From: Macrostomum lignano
Taxonomy: Eukaryota
Direction of reading: 5' to 3'
NCBI GenBank assembly: GCA_002269645.1
Contig: NIVC01000703.1
Span: forward strand, 91,280 to 155,279
DNA length: 64,000 bases
Shown here: piece by piece, positions 25,715-38,753 of the stretch
Layout: each line of letters begins with the position of its first letter
Position numbering within the stretch: position 1 is the first letter of the stretch
The notes under the pieces: model-generated
What the model was told of the DNA's origin: nothing
The model's database searches: none
Seen by the model: only the letters and a program-made list of their open reading frames with translations
Position numbers and translations under genes: made by a program

Positions 25715-26308
25715 TGATGAGGCTGAAAGGGCGACAGACAATTTGCTGTAGGTGCTATCAGACTTGCAATCGCATTGATGACAGACAGGCAAAACCGAGA
25801 ACAAAAGAAACATGCAGAAGAAGAACTCAAAGCACGGCAGAAGCGCCGGTGTTAATTTGCTCACAAGTGCTCACTTATTATCGCAGCCCCCACCATCCGT
25901 TGAAACTGTTCTCAAGCGCCGGCCAAACCAGGGCGTGACTCACCGGGCACTCCCAGTTCAAAAGCGGAGTGTTAATAGATGAAGCAGAGAGACTGAGAGG
26001 ATCCGTGGGAATCTGCGAGTTTCACTCCAGTCGAAAAAAATTGCTAAACAAGCAGAATTCAACAAAGACAGAGAAAGTGAAATCTGCAGAGAGAGAAGTT
26101 TGAGCAGGAAAATAAAGCAGAGACTCAAGAGGGGGGGGGTCAGCCAGCTTTACCAAGGCCGGGGCCAATCCAATTTGTGCACTTAATTGCATTAACCAGT
26201 TTGGCCACTTTTGCGCCCTGCAGAATAAAATGAATTAATCTCTGCAATACTAGAACTAATTAATTATATTGCCCACTTTGCACCAGGCTAGGCCCTAAGG
26301 CGGGATTT

Positions 26309-27133
26309 CTAGGGAGAGTGGACTGGAAGCGAGCCAATGCGACAATGCACATCTCCACCGTTTAGATAGTGGTCCATGACTAGGGATAGTGGACTGGAAG
26401 CGAGCCAATGCGACAATGCACATCTCCACCGTTTAGATAGTGGTCCATGACTAGGGATAGTGGACTGGAAGCGAGCCAATGCGACAATGCACATCTCCAC
26501 CGTTTAGATAGTGGTCCATGACTAGGGATAGTGGACTGGAAGCGAGCCAATGCGACAATGCACATCTCCACCGTTTAGATAGTGGTCCATGACTAGGGAT
26601 AGTGGACTGGAAGCGAGCCAATGCGACAATGCACATCTCCACCGTTTAGAAAGTGGTCCATGACTAGGGATAGTGGACTGGAAGCGAGCCAATGCGACAA
26701 TGCCCATCTCCACCGTTTAGATAGTGGTCCATGACTAGGGATAGTGGACTGGAAGCGAGCCAATGCGACAATGCCCATCTCCACCGTTTAGATAGTGGTC
26801 CATGACTAGGGAGAGTGGACTGGAAGCGAGCCAATGCGACAATGCCCATCTCCACCGTTTAGATAGTGGTCCATGACTAGGGAGAGTGGACTGGAAGCGA
26901 GCCAATGCGACAATGCCCATCTCCACCGTTTAGATAGTGGTCCATGACTAGGGAGAGTGGACTGGAAGCGAGCCAATGCGACAATGCCCATCTTCACCGT
27001 TTAGATAGTGGTCCATGACTAGGGAGAGTGGACTGGAAGCGAGCCAATGCGACAATGCCCATCTTCACCGTTTAGATAGTGGTCCATGACTAGGGAGAGT
27101 GGACTGGAAGCGAGCCAATGCGACAATGCACAT
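26309..27133. repeat. 71-bp tandem repeat x~11.6 upstream of the FHL gene
   Basis: ORF starts recur every 71 bp; units are near-identical with no spacers. Confidence 0.96.
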
Positions 27134-27877
27134 AGTAAAGCAATATGAAATTAATAAAATAAGAGTCAACAGACTCTGAGCGCCAGCATGAGTAGCTTGA
27201 AGGCAATTGTAAATATTTCCTATTATAATTATTATTGTTATTGTAATTAATTATTCAATTAGAATTTATATACAATAATATAAAGTGTTAATTGGCAATG
27301 TTTGAAATTCATTTGCAATGCAGATTATTTTGAATAGAACTAGCAAGAATTCCTGTTAAATTATGATTATTATTGAGCAGGAAAGCGATAAGTAAGCAGA
27401 TCTGGGCACGCGTGGAATATTTTCATAGAGCTAGGCATTAGAAATTAAATTAATGTTTGTTGTTGTATAAGATTAATAAAACGAGTGCATTAGTACAAGT
27501 TTCACATAATAAGCATGGGTATTAGCTTCTGAAACATGTACGCATAATTGGACTTAGAAAAATGATGAAGTTACGCATGGGACGAGAAGCTGGGATGCAA
27601 CAACAGCAAGCAACAACAATAAGGCATTAAATATACACTTAGCAATCACGTGCACTGTAAATAGAGGCCGCCTGGGGCTGTGTGACACCAGGGGAATTAT
27701 GCAGCCTAATGCAGCTAGGCGAATCGGGAACCCAGCTGCCTGTCAGTCTGCACTGGAGCAGAGAAATTACACAATGGCAGCGGTACAGAGCCCGTAAAAA
27801 CCGCTTGCAGAACACATACACCTCGGATAAGTGTCTAAAAGACTACGAATAGACACCCAGATACTGTAGATGGTGCA

Positions 27878-28405
27878 CAGGCAGGGTGAGGGAGAGTGGA
27901 CAGGCAGGGTGGGGGAGAGTGGACAGGCAGGGTGGAGGAGAGTGGACAGATAGGGTGGGGGAGTGGACAGATAGGGTGGGGGAGAGCGGACAGGCAGGGT
28001 GGGGGAGAGTGGACAGATAGGGTGGGGAGAGTGGACAGATAGGGTGGGGGAGAGTGGACAGATAGGGTGGAGGAGAGTGGACAGATAGGGTGGGGGAGAG
28101 TGGACAGATAGGGTGGGGGAGAGTGGACAGATAGGGTGGGGGAGAGTGGACAGATAGGGTGGGGGAGAGTGGACAGATAGGGTGGGGGGAGAGTGGACAG
28201 ATAGGGTGGGGGAGAGTGGACAGATAGGGTGGGGGAGAGCGGACAGGCAGGGTGGGGAGAGTGGACAGGCAGGGTGGGGGAGAGTGGACAGGCAGGGTGG
28301 GGGAGAGTGGACAGGCAGGGTGGGGGAGAGTGGACAGGCAGGGTGGGGGAGAGTGGACAGGCAGGGTGAGGGAGAGTGGACAGGCAGGGTGGGGGAGTGG
28401 ACAGG
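27878..28405. repeat. ~23-bp G-rich minisatellite (GGGTGGGGGAGAGTGGACAGATA/GCA) just downstream of the EZH2 stop
   Basis: Direct reading. Confidence 0.93.
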
Positions 28406-28490
28406 TGAGAGCAGGACAGAAGCAGAAGAGAGCCAAAGCAAATTAAAAAAAGCGGAGCGGCTGCTCCAGCCGGACGGTCGCGGCAAAATT

Positions 28491-31400
28491 TTAATTCGCG
28501 GCCTCCGGCGTGGCAGCCGAAGCGGCGACCGGGGCCGGCGCGGCGGTGGCGGCCGAGGCGGCGGCGGCAGCGGCCGCAGCCTGGCGCTCCCGCTCGATGC
28601 CGACGTACTTGAGCTGCTCCATGGGACCGTAGCGATAGTCGAAGAACAGCTCCTCGCCAGGCGCGATGGGCCGATTGGCGAAGATGCCGATCCGATGGTC
28701 GCCGTTGACCATGAGCACCTTGGCTGAGCAGTTCGGGCTCACCGAGTGATTGGCGAACCGGATCTTATTGCCTTTGCGCGTGGCGTCCACCACGAAGTCC
28801 TGGTTGAGGTTGAACAGGAAGGAGCTCATGTACTTGTCGTACACCTTGCCGCGACGGTCGGCCTCGTCCTGGGTGATCACCTCGCCGCAGTACTCGTAGA
28901 TGAAGTCGCCCCGTTCGGCCGAGTCGCGGAGGAAAATTCCCCAGCCGGCCACGTCGCTAGGCGCCATCAGCAGGTGCTTGCGGAGGCCGCGCTGCAGCGC
29001 CACGTTGCGGCAGTTGCCGTTCGGCGCGTCGGCACCGCAGGTGCAGCAAAGGTCGGGGTCGCACTCCCGCACGGCCAGTACGCAGGGGCACTGCTTGGTG
29101 TTGCACTGAGACTTGCAGCGGCAGCCGGCAAACCGGTTCGGGCAGGCCGACGAGCACTGGCAGAATTTCTCGCAGAAATTGCCCGCCACCCGGCAGCTGC
29201 ACTGGTCGTCGCAACGGCGCCCGGGATGGTCGCACGGGTGGTAATAGTGCGACTGGCTCACCTGGGCGGCGCAAGGGGGGCTCAGGGCTTAGCGGGTTAG
29301 GGTTTCGGTGTGCCGCCACCCCCAGCAGAATATGCTGTCAAGCACACCACTTCCGCCTAACCCTAGTTGCCCCACTTCCGCCTAACCCTAGTTGACTCAC
29401 TTCCGCCTAACCCTAGTTGACCCACTTCCGCCTAACCCTAGTTGACTCACTTCCGCCTAACCCTAGTTGACCCACTTCCGCCTAACCCTAGTTGACTCAC
29501 TTCCGCCTAACCCTAGTTGACTCACTTCCGCCTAACCCTAGTTCACTCACTTCCGCCTAACCCTAGTTGACCCACTTCCGCCTAACCCTAGTTGACCCAC
29601 TTCCGCCTAACCCTAGTTGACCCACTTCCGCCTAACCCTAGTTGACCCACTTCCGCCTAACCCTAGTTGACTCACTTCCGCCTAACCCTAGTTGACTCAC
29701 TTCCGCCTAACCCTAGTTCACTCACTTCCGCCTAACCCTAGTTGACTCACTTCCGCTCAACCGCAATCGACTCACTTTCGTTTAAACTTAGTTGACTTAT
29801 TTTCGCCCAACCCCAGTTGACCCATTTCCGCTCAACCTGGGTTGATCCGCTTCCACCCATTCTCAACCGACTCACTTTCTTAGACATTCTAGCAAAAAAC
29901 CTCCGATTCCTCACCTGCTGCCCTGGGGCGCGCCGACCGCCGTTAACGCCGGCCTTCTTGCGCACTTTGCGCTTCTTGCGCGGCGGCGACAGCTCAGTCC
30001 GCTCCTCGGCGCTAAGGTTGGCCTCGCGCCGGATGAAGCTGGCCACCTGGGCGCAGGATTTGTCGGGCAGGACGCGGGCGATGCGGCAGCTGTTAAAATG
30101 GCACTGGAAGATGCGGACCAGCGTCATGTCGGCCGGCGTCCACTGCGTTTCGGGGACCGCGTCGCCAGACACCTGCACGGAGTTGCGCAGTTGGTCCTCA
30201 GTTAGACGGGGATTTTTAATGGGGATAGTGGGGGATTTCCAATACGAGTGCAATACGCTCATATGGCTGGAGAGGGATTTGTCAGCGAGACTATGCGACT
30301 AGCTAGATGGGAATTGCCCAAATGAGACTGGAGGGGGATTCTTAATGAGACTGGGTGATTCCCAATGAGACTGGGGGGATTCTCAATGAGACTGGGTGAT
30401 TTCAAATGAGACTGGGGGATTCCCAACAAGACTGGAGGGGTATTCCCAATGAGACTGGGGGATTCCTAATGAGACTGGGGGATTCCTAATGAGACTGGAG
30501 GGGTATTCCCAATGAGACTGGGGGATTCCTAATGAGATTGGAGGGGATTCCCAATGAGACTGGGGGATTCCCAACAAGACTGGAGGGGTATTCCCAATGA
30601 GACTGGGGGATTCCCAAATGAGACTGCGGGATTCCAAATGAGACTGGGGGATTCCCAAATGAGAGACTGTGGGATTCTCAATGAGACTGGGGAATTCCCA
30701 AATGAGACTGGAGGGGATTCCCAATGAGACTGGGGGATTCCCAATGAGACTGGGGGATTCACAATGAGACTGGGGGATTCCCAAATGAGACTGCGGGATT
30801 CCAAATGAGACTAGGGGATTCCCAAATGAGACTGTGGGATTCTCAATGAGACTGGGGAATTCCCAAATGAGACTGGAGGGATTCCCAATGAGACTGGAGG
30901 GTGGTTCCCAATGAGACTGAGGGACTCCAAGACCAAAATCAGACTAGAGGGGATTCCCGATCAGACTGGGGGATTCCTAATAAGACTGGGGTATTCCCAA
31001 ATGAGACTGTGGGATTCTCAATGAGACTGGGGAATTCTGAGACTGGAGGGGATTCCCAATGAGACTGGAGGGGGGTTCCCAATGAGACTGAGGGACTCCA
31101 AGACCAAAATCAGACTAGAGGGGATTCCCGATCAGACTGGAGGATTCAAGGTGACACTGGAGGATTCCTAATAAGACTGGGGGATTCCCAATGAGACTGA
31201 GGGACAGGGATACAATGAAGTTAGAGGGGATTCCCATTGAGGCTAGAAGGGATTTCCCGGAGGCAGGGGATGCGAACTATATAGAGAACTACTTTGGTAG
31301 ATTTCGGCTGGAAAGAGAAAAATCACTTGAAGGCGGTTATTCACCTGACAGCAGGAGTCTCCGCACGGAGCAGCGGACCCGAAAGCTTCCACAGCCTGCC

Positions 31401-34400
31401 GCACTCGGTACATGCTCTCCGTGGACTTGAACGGATGCTGCTGGCAGTCGTACTTGAAGCAGCGCCGGCAGAACAGGGTGTGGAAACTATTGAGACAGTC
31501 GTCGCGGCTGAGGCTCTGCGGCTGCTTGTCGATGTTGGGCGTAGCGTAGCTGCAGGCCGCCTCCACGGCGCGGTCCTCCAGCTCCACGTAGCGGACCATC
31601 AGTTTGCCGTAGTCTTCGGCCCGGCCAAATGCGGCGGCGACCGCCTGGAACAGCCAGTCGGGGACGTGGCAGCCATTTGAGCTGCTGCTGCTGCTGCTGG
31701 CCGTGCCGCAGCTGCCTGGCGCCTCGGATTTTTCTGGCTGCTGCTGCTGCTGCGGCGGCTTCTCTGAGGGATCTGCGCTGTCCCGCGGCTCGGCCTTGAT
31801 AAGTTAGTAAGGGCGCATTGGTGATGCTTGGTGATAGGATCATTTTGGTATGTCAGAAGGCCACATTTGAAACAGCTGAAGGGAGCAACATAGGGGGATT
31901 TTAGCTCGTAAGACCGGATGTCAGAGCAGCAAGGAGGTTCTAAGGGCGGATGTCAGGGCAGCAAAGAGGTTCTAAGGGCGGATGTCAGAGCAGCAAGGAG
32001 GTTCTAAGGGCGGATGTCAGAGCAGTAAGGAGGTTCTAAGGGCGGATGTCAGAGCAGCAAGGAGGTTCTAAGGGCGGATGTCAGAGCAGCAAGGAGGTTC
32101 TAAGGGCGGATGTCAGAGCAGCAAGGAGGTTCTAAGGGCGGATGTCAGACCAGCAAGGAGGTTCTAAGGGCGGATGTCAGAGCAGCAAGGAGGTTCTAAG
32201 ACCGGATGTCAGAGCAGCAAGGAGGTTCAAAGGGCGGATGTCAGAGCAGCAATGAGGTTCTAAGGGCAGATGTCAGGGCAGCAAGGAGGTTCAAAGGGCG
32301 GATGTCAGAGAAGCAAAAAAAGATTCGAAAGGCGAATTTCTGAGCAGTCCAGGAAATCCTGTACTCAGACAGTTATAAAGAAGATACAAAAAATCAAAAG
32401 CCTCGAGCATACCTCAGCCTCCAGCGCTCGCGAGTCCAACAGGGCTTTGATCAGCGGCACCAGCAGCTCCTCCTCCAGGTCGAAGGGGAAGTTGCCGTGC
32501 ACTCGGCCCTCGTAGTTGCGAATGAGCTCGTCAAGGAATTTAGTGTCGTGCTCACCCTCGCCCATGTAGGGAATGTTCTGCAGCTCGACTTCGTCTTCGG
32601 CGGCAAAGTTCTGCTGCAACGGCGCCCAGCAGAGGGCGCTGGGCAGGGCAGGCGCGGAGGGCAGCATCAGCAGGCCGGCCAGGCAGGGCCGCTTGGAGCT
32701 GCCGAAGCGGACCTCGAAGCTGCCGAACGGCGTCTCCCGGTGCTGCTGCACCACCGGCGAGGGCAGGTAGGCGGGGATGCGCACCGGGTCGCAGTCGAAC
32801 AGGCGGCAGTTGTAGCGGGACATCGCCGTCTGTCGGTGCCGCTCGAGGTCGCGCAGGCCGGCGTCAAGCAGGCGTGAATTCTCTGCCAGGATGGCGCGCA
32901 CCGAGTCGCGCTTGGCGTCCAGGTGGCGCTGCTTCTGGCCGCGGTATTCGGCGAGCACGGCCGCCACGCGCCACTTTGGCACCTGCGGCGGGATGGGGGT
33001 TGGAGGGTGATTCTGGGATTGGGGTTGGAGGGCGATTCTGGGATTGGGGTTGGAGGGCGATTCTGGGATGGGGGTTGGAGGGCGATTCTGGGATTGGGGT
33101 TGGAGGGCGATTCTGGGATTGGGGTTGGAGGGCGATTCTGGGATGGGGGTTGGAGGGCGATTCTGGGATTGGGGTTGGAGGGCGATTCTGGGATTGGGGT
33201 TGGAGGGCGATTCTGGGATGGGGGTTGGAGGGCGATTCTGGGATTGGGGTTGGAGGGCGATTCTGGGATTGGGGTTGGAGGGCGATTCTGGGATTGGGGT
33301 TGGAGGGCGATTCTGGGATTGGGGTTGGAGGGCGATTATGGGATTGGGGTTGGAGGGCGATTCTGGGATGGGGTTGGAGGGCGATTCTGGGATGTGGGTT
33401 GGAGGGCGATTCTGGGATTGGGGTTGGAGGGCGATTCTGGGATGGGGGTTGGAGGGCGATTCTGGTATGGGGGTTGGAGGGCGATTCTGAGATTGGGGTT
33501 GGAGGGCGATTCTGGGATGGGGTTGGAGGGCGATTCTGGGATGGGGGTTGGAGGGCGATTCTGGGATTGGGGTTGGAGGGCGATTCTGGGATGAGGGTTG
33601 GAGGGCGATTCTGGGATGGGGGTTGGAGGGCGATTCTGGGATTGGGGTTGGAGGGCGATTCTGGGATTGGGGTTGGAGGGCGATTCTGGGATTGGGGTTG
33701 GAGGGCGATTCTGAGATGGGGATTGGAGGCAGATTCTGGGATGGGATTGGAGGCAGATACTGAGATGGGGATTGGAGGCAGATTCTGAGATGGGAATTGG
33801 AGGCAGATTCAGGGATGGGAATTGGAGGCAGATTCTGAGATGGGGATTGGAGGCAGATTCTGGGATTGGGGTTGGAGGGCGATTCTGAGATGGGGATTGG
33901 AGGCAGATTCTGGGATGGGGATTGGAGGCAGATTCTGATATGAGGATTGGAGGCAGATTCTGATATGGGGATTGGAGGCAGATTCTGGGATGGGGATTGG
34001 AGGCAGATTCTGAGATGGGGATTGGAGGCAGATTCTGAGATGGGAATTGGAGGCAGATTCTGAGATGGGAATTGGAGGCAGATTCTGAGATGGGAATTGG
34101 AGGCAGATTCTGAGATGGGGATTGGAGGCAGATTCTGGGATTGGGATTGGAGGCAGATTCTGAGATGGGGATTGGAGGCAGATTCTGGGATGGGGATTGG
34201 AGGCAGATTCTGATATGGGGATTGGAGGCAGATTCTGATATGGGGATTGGAGGCAGATTCTGGGATTGGGGTTGGAGGGCGATTCTGAGATGGGGATTGG
34301 AGGCAGATTCTGGGATGGGATTGGAGGCAGATACTGAGAATGGGATTGGAGGCAGATTCTGGGATGGGGATTGGAGGCAGATACTGAGATGGGGATTGGA

Positions 34401-34625
34401 GGCAGATTCTGGGATGGGAATTGGAGGCAGATTCTGGGATGGGGATTTAGCCTCGCTTCAGCTCCATCTCACCTGGATACCCGAAGCAGCGCTGCTTGGC
34501 CGGCCGCCAGCTGCGACTGTGGAATCCTCCGCGGCAGCCGTCACAGTCGCTTCAGCCTCCACAGTTTCCATCGCCTCCTCTGTCGCTGGAGGCGCCGAGG
34601 CAGCAGCCGCCGCCGCCGGTGACAT
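28491..34625 (-). CDS. ezh2: Polycomb H3K27 methyltransferase E(z)/EZH2; exons ~34625-34473, 32982-32413, 31794-31345, 30172-29915, 29261-28491
   Basis: NIPYMG, TPNID...[18 protein letters not shown]-like WTPAD, the CXC domain and an intact SET domain ([30 protein letters not shown]...RFANHS...ELFFDYRY). Four phase-0 GT-AG introns. The start codon is uncertain; the ORF is open upstream to 34754. Confidence 0.95.
29348..29760. repeat. 25-bp minisatellite (CACTTCCGCCTAACCCTAGTTGAC[C/T]) in EZH2 intron 4
   Basis: About 16 units, then degenerate copies to ~29880. Confidence 0.95.
30305..31200. repeat. ~20-23 bp minisatellite (AATGAGACTGGGGGATTCCC) in EZH2 intron 3
   Basis: Direct reading. Confidence 0.92.
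31915..32305. repeat. 32-bp minisatellite (GGATGTCAGAGCAGCAAGGAGGTTCTAAGGGC) in EZH2 intron 2
   Basis: 32-bp period at 31981/32013. Confidence 0.94.
32990..34445. repeat. 25-bp minisatellite (GGATTGGGGTTGGAGGGCGATTCTG), switching to a GGAGGCAGATTCTG variant at ~33720, filling EZH2 intron 1
   Basis: 25-aa periodicity in the overlapping ORFs. Confidence 0.95.
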
Positions 34626-35467
34626 CGGCCGCAATAAGGAAGCGGATGCTGAGGATGAAGGCGACGATGACGGCGATCGCCGCTGCTGACCGGCTGCTGC
34701 TGACGAGGACTGCTGCAAGGCATTGTTTTCAGCGGAACGGTAACGCATAAACACTGGAACACAGTCCTGTGCATTAATGTATGTACCGCTCTACCCGTCT
34801 ATCTATCTTGTCACTCGGTGTCTTTCGTGTGATATTCACAACTATCTACAGAATAAGAAACAAACAAAACATTATATAGTAAAGCCAGACGCAGAGTTCG
34901 AACAGAGAGGATGACAGCAAGGACAGAGCAGCTACTCATCAGTAGTATATAATTGCATTCGATAATTGGGCACGGCTTCCATGGCTGGAGATAGGAAAGG
35001 GCCGCATTAAAACAAAGATTCGCAGTCCAACAGGAACAGTTGCAACCGAGGCTGTCAGTAAATGTTCAAGTAAAACAACAATCAATTTAAAATAAATAAA
35101 AAATGAGTTGCTAACGTGAGGAGTGAAATTTTTTAATTTAGAACATTTTCGTACCGACTGCTGCTTGGCTAAAAATGCTGCGCACGGACACTACAAGTAT
35201 AGAAGCATAGCAACTGTTTATTGTTATTATTAACAGGTACCAGACGAGGGGGGGGGGTGGGCGACAACATAGCGAGCAAACATTAATTAAAAGAAAGCTT
35301 AATGACAGTTTTGACTGCATGGCAATGCTTCGGGTATTCACTGGGTGTAGATCTCAGGCCAAAGCCTGTAGCTCCGTGCTTAGCGCCACAACTGCGACCC
35401 GGCATGTGATGCTACTAACGGCTAGTAGTATATAAGCCGGGGCGCCAACGCACATCGGAGATTTGCG

Positions 35468-36523
35468 TTAGCGGGAGCTGCCGCTGCGGGACCTGCAAAG
35501 ATAAGGTTCGAGAGCAAATTGTCGCAATCAAATTGAATTATGCACTACTCATAACAGTAGTCATCACAGAATTTGAATGTTGATCCACTCAGCAACTACC
35601 TGCAGACAGCCACCCCACACCCACTCAGCAGTCACCTGCAGACAGCCACCCCACACCCACTCAGCAGCCACCTCACACCCACTCAGCAGCCACCCCAAAC
35701 GCACTCAGCAGCCACCCCACACTCACTCAGCAGCCACCCCACACTCACTCAGCAGCCACCCCACATCCACTCAGCAGCCACCCCACACGCACTCAGCAGC
35801 CACCCCACACCCACTCAGCAGCCACCCCACACTCACTCAGCAGCCACCCCACACGCACTCAGCAGCCACCCCACACTCACTCAGTAGCCACCCCACACCC
35901 ACTCAGCAGCCACCCCACACCCACTCAGCAGCCACCTGCAGACAGCCATTCCTCTCAATATCCCCTCTTTACAAATTACCTGCGGTGACGCGGCGGCGGC
36001 GAACGACTGCGGCTTCGGCTACGGCTGCGGCTCCGGCTGTAAGAAGGACTACGCCTGGAATTCGGGCACAAGGAAGGCGCGAGGTGTGAAACCAAGAATT
36101 GGACGTATGTTGATCTTTACAAAAACAAAATCAATGAATTTACCTCCGACGGTCGCGGCCGCCGCCGCCGCCACCTCTACCGCCGCCGGCCTTTCTCGGA
36201 CAGGCGTAGGCGTAGTGGCCGAGCTCGCCGCAGTCGTAGCAGCGGTCGTTAGGATTGGCCGAGCGGCCGCCCCGGGCCTGGCCGGTGGACATTTCAACCC
36301 GGGCGCGCACCCCGCAGATGGTGGCGCCGTCCAGGCCGCGGGCGGCGTCCTTGGCATCGCGGGGGTCCTCCATCTCCACGAAGGCGAAGCCGGGCGGGTT
36401 GCGGGCCACCCAAACAGAACGGACGTGGCCGAAGGAGCGAAATGCCCGCTCGATTTCGCGTTCCTCGGCGTCGCGCGGCAAATCGCCGACATAGATTTTG
36501 CAGTCTAGTCGCATGCGGGCCAT
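35468..36523 (-). CDS. srsf7: SR splicing factor SRSF7/9G8-like (RRM + CCHC knuckle + RS domain, 159 aa); exons 36523-36144, 36054-35980, 35492-35468
   Basis: KIYVGDL...[24 protein letters not shown] (SRSF3/7 RRM), [14 protein letters not shown] knuckle, RS exon. Both introns are phase 2 and match. AATAAA on the minus strand at 35217-35222. Confidence 0.92.
35583..35945. repeat. 22-bp minisatellite (ACTCAGCAGCCACCCCACACCC) in SRSF7 intron 2
   Basis: Direct reading. Confidence 0.92.
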
Positions 36524-36699
36524 GGCTGGCTGGCTGGCTGGCTGGCCGTTGAGGCGATGGGCATGAAGCGGGATTTGAGCACAAATAAATTCGATAACGG
36601 GCAGCGATTGTTGCGGCGAATTTAACCGCAATAATAAGTAGAAATGTGGTGAATTTCACAGTGGGCCCGACTACAGAGGGACAGAGATTACGGGAATGA

Positions 36700-37762
36700 A
36701 AAGCGGGTAATCACAGATGAAGTGAGGGTAATCACAGATGGAATGGAGGGTAATCACAGATGGAGTGAGGGTTATCACAGATGAAGTGAGGGTAATCACA
36801 GATGGAGTGAGGGTAATCACAGATGGAGTGAGGGTAATCACAGATGGAGTGAGGGTAATCACAGATGGAATGGAGGGTAATCACAGATGGAGTGAGGGTT
36901 ATCACAGATGAAGTGAGGGTAATCACAGATGGAGTGAGGGTAATCACAGATGGAGTGAGGGTAATCACAGATGGAGTGAGGGTAATCACAGATGGAATGG
37001 AGGGTAATCACAGATGGAGTGAGGGTTATTACAGATGGAGTGAGGGTAATCACAGATGGAGTGAGGGTAATCACAGATGGAGTGAGGGTAATCACAGATG
37101 GAATGGAGGGTAATCACAGATGGAGTGAGGGTTATCACAGATGCAATGGAGGGTAATCACAGATGGAGTGAGGGTTATCACAGATGAAGTGAGGGTAATC
37201 ACAGATGGAGTGAGGGTAATCACAGATGGAGTGAGGGTAATCACAGATGGAGTGAGGGTAATCACAGATTGAAGTGAGGGTAATCACAGATGGAGTGAGG
37301 GTTATTACAGATGAAGTGAGGGTAATCACAGATGGAGTGAGGGTTATTACAGATGAAGTGAGGGTAATCACAGATGGAGTGAGGGTTATTACAGATGAAG
37401 TGAGGGTAATCACAGATGGAATGGAGGGTAATCACAGATGGAGTGAGGGTTATTACAGATGAAGTGAGGGTAATCACAGATGGAGTGAGGGTTATTACAG
37501 ATGAAGTGAGGGTAATCACAGATGGAGTGAGGGTTATTACAGATGCAATGGAGGGTAATCACAGATTGAATGGAGGGTAATCACAGATGGAATGGAGGGT
37601 TATCACATATGTAATTGAGGGTAATCACAGATGGAGTGAGGGTAATCACAGATGGAGTGAAGGTAATCACAGATGCAATGGAGGGTAATCACGGATGGAA
37701 TGGAGGGTAATCACAGATGCAATGGAGGGTAATCACAGAGGTAACGGAGGGTAATCACAGAG
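36700..37762. repeat. 21-bp minisatellite (GAGTGAGGGTAATCACAGATG) x~50 between DCAF12 and SRSF7
   Basis: Direct reading. Confidence 0.95.
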
Positions 37763-38753
37763 GGGAGATTTCCATGAAAAAGACTTTCTAAGAAGTGATT
37801 AAACCAATTAAGTGAAATCCAACAACGCTGAGTCAACAGTTAAAAGTACAAAGCTGTCCGATAAGCTCTCACAGTGGGAGGCCTTTATGTAATTCAAGAT
37901 GAAAGAAGAATACCCGTACTTAAATAGTAGAACGATATTAACAAATAAATTTATAGCCAGGTCACTACAAGAACTGCTGCAAAAGCAGCTCCATGAGGGG
38001 TTGGGTCAGCGAGAGAGTAAACTGTATTTACACAGTGGTTGATCGAACATTAGACAGTTATCAAAGTTCACTGAATATTATAATTTCTATATAGATTATC
38101 TTACTTAAGAGTCACATCTGCAATTAATAGAACAACAACAAACAACAACAACAGAGTACGCTGCCAGTTCACAAAAGCAGCGTCAGATGGCGCGCTTCAA
38201 AGCTTGGGCGCGAACAAAATTAATAGAACAAATAATGAATAATTACAAAGACAAATAGGGTGCACTGGCCTGTGTACTGTCATCTCTGCTTTGACTCCCT
38301 ACCTACTTTTGAGAGTTGAGAAGAGACTAGATAAGGTGAGATGAGAGCAGAGACAGAGTAGCAGCAGGACTTCTAAAAACGCAAGTTCAAAAAAAAGTTA
38401 TTAGAAACAAACTGGTCAAAGGAAATTAGGCTGATAAAAATGAAATTCATAATTAGAAATATTTTTTATATAAAAAATAGGCTATTAAAATAGAAAAATA
38501 AGGCGTGGTAAATTAAATCAGTTATTAAAAATAATAATTAGACCACGCGGCAGGTATATCAGAACTCAACACCCGATTGGGAGGTTCCAGCGCAATGCCG
38601 GTCTTTGTGTGCCGAACACAAAAGAACAAAGAGCAACATCTGATGCCAGAATTCGCAGACACAGCAAACATGGAGCACCATAAAAATGGAGAATTTTATA
38701 TTAAAAAACTCAGCCTGGCAGAACAGGGAGACTGGGGGGAGCCCCAGCAACAG

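Noticed and set aside
26309-27133. CRISPR-like array
   Set aside because: The units are contiguous near-identical 71-mers with no unique spacers and no cas genes, in a eukaryotic context.
29348-29760. Interstitial telomere
   Set aside because: There are only 1.7 CCCTAA copies per 25-bp unit and no pure (TTAGGG)n run.
32923-34689. Gly/Trp-rich plus-strand ORFs
   Set aside because: They derive from the 25-bp array in EZH2 intron 1, antisense to the gene.
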